This document shows positions 57,784 to 64,000 of a stretch of DNA of 64,000 nt, one piece after another (within the stretch, counting starts at the first letter, position 1; every line of letters begins with the position of its first letter). Source of the stretch: Tubiluchus corallicola (lineage: Eukaryota > Animalia > Priapulida). The DNA lies in contig JAQGDQ010000273.1 of assembly GCA_030141605.1 (NCBI GenBank), forward strand, positions 1 through 64,000, in the 5' to 3' direction. The translations under genes were made by a program, and so were the position numbers. The notes beneath the pieces were generated by a model. The model saw only the letters and a program-made list of their open reading frames with translations. It was not told the origin of the DNA and searched no databases.

Positions 57784-58258
57784 CAACCTACCCAACTCAG
57801 TGCCTGCCCCAAACCCGGATAAATAGGGAGGGTTAGGGTCAGGAAGGGCATCCGCCTGTAAAAACTGTGCCAAAGCCTTCTATGAGTGAGTCGGTGAGAC
57901 TTAATGGTAAGGTCCACAAAGAAGTGGTCAGACCCGCTCTAATCTATGGGCTGGAAGCAGCTTCTCTAAAGAAGGCCGAAGAGAAGAAAATGGGTGTGGT
58001 GGAGATGAGGATGTTGAGATGGATGGTGGGAATAACAAAAAGAGATTAAATTAGAAATAATAATATCAGAGGAACAGTAAAAGTAGTGGAAGTCTCACAA
58101 GATTGCGATGGTATGACACCTGAAAGAAAAGAGTCGGTGAAGATCTTGTGGGAAGGGAAGACATAAATGAAGAGATGGTTAACAACAAGAATGTGCGGAG
58201 AAGACTCATTCACAACGGTGACCCCGCATAGGGAAAAGCTGGGAAGAAGAAGAAGAAG
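57784..58258 (+). mobile_element. Bipartite non-autonomous RTE-clade retroposon
   Basis: 17-bp TSD ACTGCTAAYGCAAGCTC (57767-57783 / 58259-58275); RTE-type 5' UTR motif CCCGGATAAATAGGGAGGGTTAGGGTCAGGAAGGGCATC; post-RT coding remnant VVRPALIYGLEA...VVEMRMLRWMVG; (GAA)n tail; inserted in a family D copy. Confidence 0.88.
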
Positions 58259-60039
58259 ACTGCTAACGCAAGCTCTGTATGCAGTAAGGCAACATGTTAT
58301 AAAATGACTGATATAAAATTTCAAGACGAATTTTTAAGTTTTAAGCCTGTTTATGTTTATGAAGCTTGTTTTCTTGTGCTTTAACGTTGTGTTCTAATGT
58401 TAAACACACCATTGTAAAAGATCAATGGTGTGGACATGTCGCAAACATTTCGTCCAAACCTTAATTAGTGTAGCTTGCCGGATCACTGTCTTATCATCTG
58501 TGGCGTAACAAATGCTTGCGGCGCCCCTCCCCCCCCGGGGGGGGGGGGGTTTAAGCTTCGGACGCCCTACCCTTTGATGTTTTGAACTTTTTACTCATAA
58601 AGTAACCGAACGGTTACCGAAATCCTTCATATACTGCTATCCACAATGACTCAAATTCCTACCTTGGCAAAAGAATTTCAATCACAACATTTTAAAAAGC
58701 ATATATTTGATTTGTTACTAGCACGTTACCTAACCAACTTAATTGGCGTTTTTAAATACCTCTAATCTCATTTGTCTGTATTATTATCATTAATTGTTTT
58801 TATAGCTGAACATTGTTTTAACTGTGAGATATTTTGTATGTACTACTCTGTCTGCATCAATCATGTGTTTGCGCCGTCTCGTGGTGAGTCTCGAAAGCTC
58901 ACGTTTCTACTCTCCTGGAGGCTGATTTGTACAATTTCCAAACGGTTTCTGTTTAATGTTTTGTGTTGCAAATCAGCCAAATAAAAAACGACTGAATTGA
59001 ATTGATCATTTGTTACAGAAGTGAAGCCACAAATTGCGCGCGTTTTTCAGTCCCTCGTGCAACTTTTTTCATGAGCCCCTGATGCCCTGGGCAAGACTTT
59101 CCTTTTTCCACGTGATGGGACAAAAATAAACAATTTTTTCTAAGAATCTCTTGAGTTTGAATTGCTGTACTGCACGAGAATAACTCTTTTCTATGCATTT
59201 TCTGCATCTACGCATCTCAACTGTTCTTAAATATTCAGCTCCAGCATTAAAACATGCAAAGATTATGAAAGATACAGAGCATTACAGATTTTTACAATAA
59301 TACAACCGGCATTTAGAGAAACGCCAGTTTCTCCCAAAATTATCGATCTGCTAAGCCACGCCCCACTCTACGCTGGGAAGTAACAACATAGTCTTTATTC
59401 TAATCTGAATGTGGTAATTAAGTCAGATACGATGATCTTTGACTAGGCAATTTTGTAATTTGAAAACTTTTGTTAATTGTTTTGCTAACGTCGGATTAGT
59501 AATTAATAAATAACAGTCATTGAACTCTAGAAGAATTTTGCGCCCTATCCTTTAGGAAAGAAATTTCAAATCAAAGGAATAAGAGTTTTTGCCTCAAGAG
59601 GAATTTTTACTAGTGGACGAATTTTTGGCAGGGATGATAGGCTGTCCACAGAGTTTTTGGGTGAGTCTGAGTCTGGATAAGCCAATCAACGCTTACGTGT
59701 AGGTTTGTCACTAAGAACTGGGAAAATGACATTTTTATCTTCGTGGTCAGAAATTGCTTAAAACAAACATCCGACCGGTGCTCCAATGATATCCGAAATC
59801 CTGTCAAAATATGAGGCCAAAATATGAGACAATCTTAAGGCATCAGTTGGTCTTGGAAAAATCGACTGCTTTTCCCCCCTCCTCTCATACAAGGGGAAGG
59901 AAGGAAAAGGATTGAGGATTAGTGTAATGCAAGCAGAACAATCAATCCATTAGAGACAGTAAAGGATTAGATGATCAGTCAGTCTTGATCAGTTACCTTG
60001 TACTTTTCTTATGCTTAATTATGTGCCTTATATAATGAA

Positions 60040-60606
60040 TAAATAATAATAATAATAATAATAATATAATATATTATAATATAATCTATAATATAATATG
60101 ATATGATATGATATGATATGATATGATATGATATGATATGATATGATATGATATGATATGATATGATATGATATGATATGATATGATATGATATGATATG
60201 ATATGATATGATATGATATGATATGATATGATGATATGATATGATATGATATGATATGATATGATATGATATGATATGATATGATATGATATGATATGAT
60301 ATGATATGATATGATATGATATGATATGATATGATATTATATGATATGATATGATATGATATGATATGATATGATATGATATGATATGATATGATATGAT
60401 ATGATATGATATGATATGATATGATATGATATGATATGATATGATATGATATGACATGATATGATATGATATGATGTGATATGATATGATATGATATAAT
60501 ATAATATAATATAATATAATGTAATAGAATATAATATAATATAATATAATATAATATAATATAATATAATATAATATAATATAATATAATATAATATAAT
60601 ATAATA

Positions 60607-60660
<54 letters not shown>
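60040..60660. repeat. (ATATG)n/(ATATA)n/(ATT)n microsatellite
   Basis: Direct inspection. Confidence 0.97.
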
Positions 60661-60662
<2 letters not shown>

Positions 60663-60759
60663 AATTTTATAAATAAAATCACACCATAGCATCAATAACT
60701 AATACAATATGTGAATACGATAAAAAAGACGATTAAGCAATAAGAAATACAATTACATT

Positions 60760-61330
60760 AAAAAACATTGCCTACAAGAAACTACATGATATCACGAGTT
60801 CGGTAAAACAGTTTAAAACCAAATGGGACAATAAATCTGTTACTACAATTTAGAAAGAAGTTTCTCATTACTATTTATAGTTCTAATTACAACAGCCATT
60901 ATTGAACGATTGTAACGTTTTGTGCAATTTTTAGGCATGACTAATATTTTGTTTGAATTGCGAGTAAAACGGTTGCTGAAACTAAGCTGTGAAGGAGGAA
61001 GCAAGTATCTTAGATTTTCCAAAATAATCAGGTTAAGTTGTGTAAAGCATGATCATAAGAAATAACATCTTAGCCAAAAATTATAGGACAAGCCCTTTTT
61101 TGAATTATTTTCAATACTGGCAATTTGAGTTTGATTTATAGACAAGCCACAATTGACAGAAGCATACTCAAGACAGGGTGAATATAAGTCGTATAGACAC
61201 GAAATAGGTATGACGTAGACGCTACAAATCTTTTTTAATACAGAAACCACCAAAAAGCTTCCTGATTTATTTTATCGATTTCATGCTCTCACCTAAGATT
61301 ATTTTGAAGTTTGGTTGGCAATAATGCTGT
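60760..61330 (-). mobile_element. Degenerate CR1/L2-group LINE 3' remnant
   Basis: SPCLEYASV...GLSINQ..SIE..K.. and TKRYNRS resemble the post-RT region of CR1/L2 ORF2. Confidence 0.55.
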
Positions 61331-62263
61331 GATATTACAGGCACCGCTTCGCCATTAATAGGAGGGGGAGCAGATATGCTAAATTAGTATGAAAATAAAA
61401 AATGCATGACAGAAATTTGTATAGAGTTTCAACGAGATGTCGCTAGGCTCTAACGAGGTGTTTTTGAGTTTTTTTTTTACTTTCTTACAAACCACCATCT
61501 CCAAGGTACCAGGGATTGGAGGCTGAGTAACATTTGCAGGAAGGTAGCAGTCAGATTTGAAGCATTAGCAGAAGACCCTGTAAGCTCATCTTGTAGAAGC
61601 TGATATTGGTTAGTTTGATACAACACTGGATTTCATTTCTAACAGCTCTTCAAGCAATGCAATTTACCTTGAGTATTGAGTAGTGTTGTTTTTCTGATCA
61701 GATATTTATCTATAATCCATGGTTGTTATATAGAAAGACTCATTTGGCTAAATATGCTTGTCGTGCAAACCCAGTCAGACCATACCTTTAGCAGATCAGA
61801 CCAGATCAGCCGCCAGTCAGACAGGTCAGCAAACAGATTTCTGACAGATCAGGCAAAATGTAGACCACACCGAACCAATGCAATACCTGGAACAGAAAAA
61901 ACTGATCCAGTCCAATAACTATACCACATCCAGACCGTGATAAGGCCCAACAACCCGTATTAGTTTGTTTATTACATAATGCACCATAATATGATAGATA
62001 ATGACGCACAAATAACTGCTACATAATGATCGTTGTAATTTAATGACGTAAAATTTTGCAATAATAAAGAATTTTGTGATTTGTTACATAATGACCGTTT
62101 TCTTATATGACGAACCTTAACACACAGGTGATACAGTTTGCTATGTAAAGATGTACAAAGATTCTTAGATCTAGATTAAACATTCTAGATCACAGTATCT
62201 GGACAACGGATTAATTTTATTTCTGCGAGGCTCAAACTGAAAAAGAAAGAAAAGAAGTCTGCG

Positions 62264-62500
62264 TTGATGATTTCAGCTTCACTTGCGTATTTTTTCAAGT
62301 GTTGTGAAAACTGCTGTGTGAGATGCATCACTCGCTATTTACACCAGAGAGCTCATGAACATCAATATTCAGAAATTGGGGTTCATCAAAAAGAATGTGC
62401 TGGACTGAAATCAGATTGTATTCACCTGATAAACACTATTGATAAATTTGGTAAAAATTAATTTTGTAAAATATTAGTGGAAGAAGATCCCGACTTATTA
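62264..62500 (+). mobile_element. Penelope-like GIY-YIG endonuclease remnant
   Basis: YFFKCCENCCVRCITRYLHQRAHEHQYSEIGVHQKEC resembles the Penelope pattern Y.F.C..C...YVG.T.R.L..R..EH...S.I..H...C with the YVG decayed. Confidence 0.6.
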
Positions 62501-64000
62501 TCATTTCTAAAATGCTTGCACAGTGAGCCTTGGCACGAGCTCGACGCATTACATAGTTGCATCTTAAAAATACTTTTCTAAAATCGTTTTAAACAAAGAA
62601 ACCAAGTTCTTATTAGATACGCAGAGAAGTCCCAATATGCCTTCTTTGTCTGGGTTGTCTATGAGCCTGGTGCCCTCACCAGCTTAGTAAGTCCCAATAA
62701 ACTAAAAACCTTAATAAGGCATCCAGATACTGAAGCCTTACCTGCCTAGTATTAGAAAGGAAATATCAAACTTTTCCGATCTGATAGTTACTGTCTATTA
62801 GGATTAGGCGCTTTCCAGTAATTGCCGCAATCATACGTCATTAAGATGCCACTAGTTAATTAAGCAGTTGTTTACCATCGACTTACTTATTGAGCATGCG
62901 CAAATTCGTCGTTGGGTGTTTATCAAACCTGTAACGTAGCTAATAGTTAAATAACGCACTGAATAACGGGCAAAATTACACCTGCATTAATTAACCTGCA
63001 TAATAAATAACAATGATCAACAACTAAAGTTTTGTTTATTGCTTGTCATATAAAAACTATGCTCTGAAAGGAGGACACCGTGTTCGCATAATGTCTGACG
63101 CGTATTCCTGCTCTCATGTTTTAACAATATTAACAAAAGTCACGGCGCTCTTTCTTGCATTTTTGTTGCTGTTCGTGAAATTAGAAGTACTATTTTTTGG
63201 AAGCTATGCCTCTGTCGAAATTTAATACTACAGTAATTATGGCGGTGGCATTAGCTTATTATCGTGTTATTAAAACACGGGTTTGGGCTTACTAATATTT
63301 TTCAGCAGAGAGAACAGTACGGCGTGTATCATCAACTAGTGAATGCAACTAGATGCAGAACAACATTATTATACGCTTCTTCCACCTCTCAAAAACTCAA
63401 ATAGAAGAACATTTTTGTGTGTAGGTCTTGAAATAACCAAACTCACCTGATTAGCTAGCCGTCTAGCGAAATTAGTTACAAAAAAGCTTGAAAACTCGCT
63501 AAATCACCTAGGCAACGGCGGCTTCCTGTTTGCGTGTTGCTGTGCGACGCAATTCGGGCGATAGCAATCACTTTTGAATGAAGACGTCACGTGTTTTCGC
63601 GATAAAATTCTAGTTTAAGAAGAGTTATTATACAGAGCTAAAATAATGTGTTTCTTTCATAATTATTTTATTTAAAGAATATATTTGTAAAGTGTGCACG
63701 TAATGCGTGATGCGTATTGACTGTTTCCATGCGTCCGTGAACGCTATGCATATTAACAAAGCCTACAGTGCTCTTTCCGCCATTTTTGCTTGCCATTTCT
63801 CCCAATCGTGTCTCAACTGGCTATACAACACTGCAGTTTCTTGTTCCGTTAATTCGGTGCACCCAATAACGACGGTAATTAATGCTGGCATATTAACAAT
63901 AAGCGCTCAGTAAAAAAGTTGTCCTCACTGTCCATGATACTAGTAACAACTATAAGCCTGCAACACGCAAAGTTGCTGCAGCTTAGTTGGACTCGCGTAA

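Noticed and set aside
58400-58470. Hairpin CACACCATTG...CAATGGTGTG with nearby TTTCGTCC as a hammerhead ribozyme or Helitron end
   Set aside because: No CTGANGA core at the required position and no CTRR terminus after the hairpin.

Overview
AT-rich animal genomic DNA, probably a protostome invertebrate, dense in microsatellites and transposons. The only securely identified host gene is a small-conductance Ca2+-activated K+ channel (SK/KCNN) on the minus strand. Its first coding exon (39965-38949; long N-terminus plus S1) splices across a ~35.2 kb intron to a 96-nt S2 exon (3745-3650) that the ORF track misses; the gene continues beyond position 1. Inside that intron, on the same strand, is an intronless Gly/Tyr-rich secreted-protein gene with a TATA box, broken by two single-base frameshifts. 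The rest is non-autonomous DNA transposons (two TTAA-flanked Kolobok-like families, a pogo/Tigger deletion derivative, a pogo-type MITE, a piggyBac-type MITE, unclassified families), bipartite RTE-derived retroposons with target-site duplications, LINE and Penelope remnants, tRNA-derived repeats, minisatellites and long compound microsatellites. Most long ORFs in the track are microsatellite artefacts. I cannot support a wholly new multi-gene system here. The best leads are the nested Gly/Tyr gene, candidate alternative first exons or promoters of SK, and a uORF overlapping the SK start. All coordinates and alignments were read by eye; repeat boundaries are approximate.
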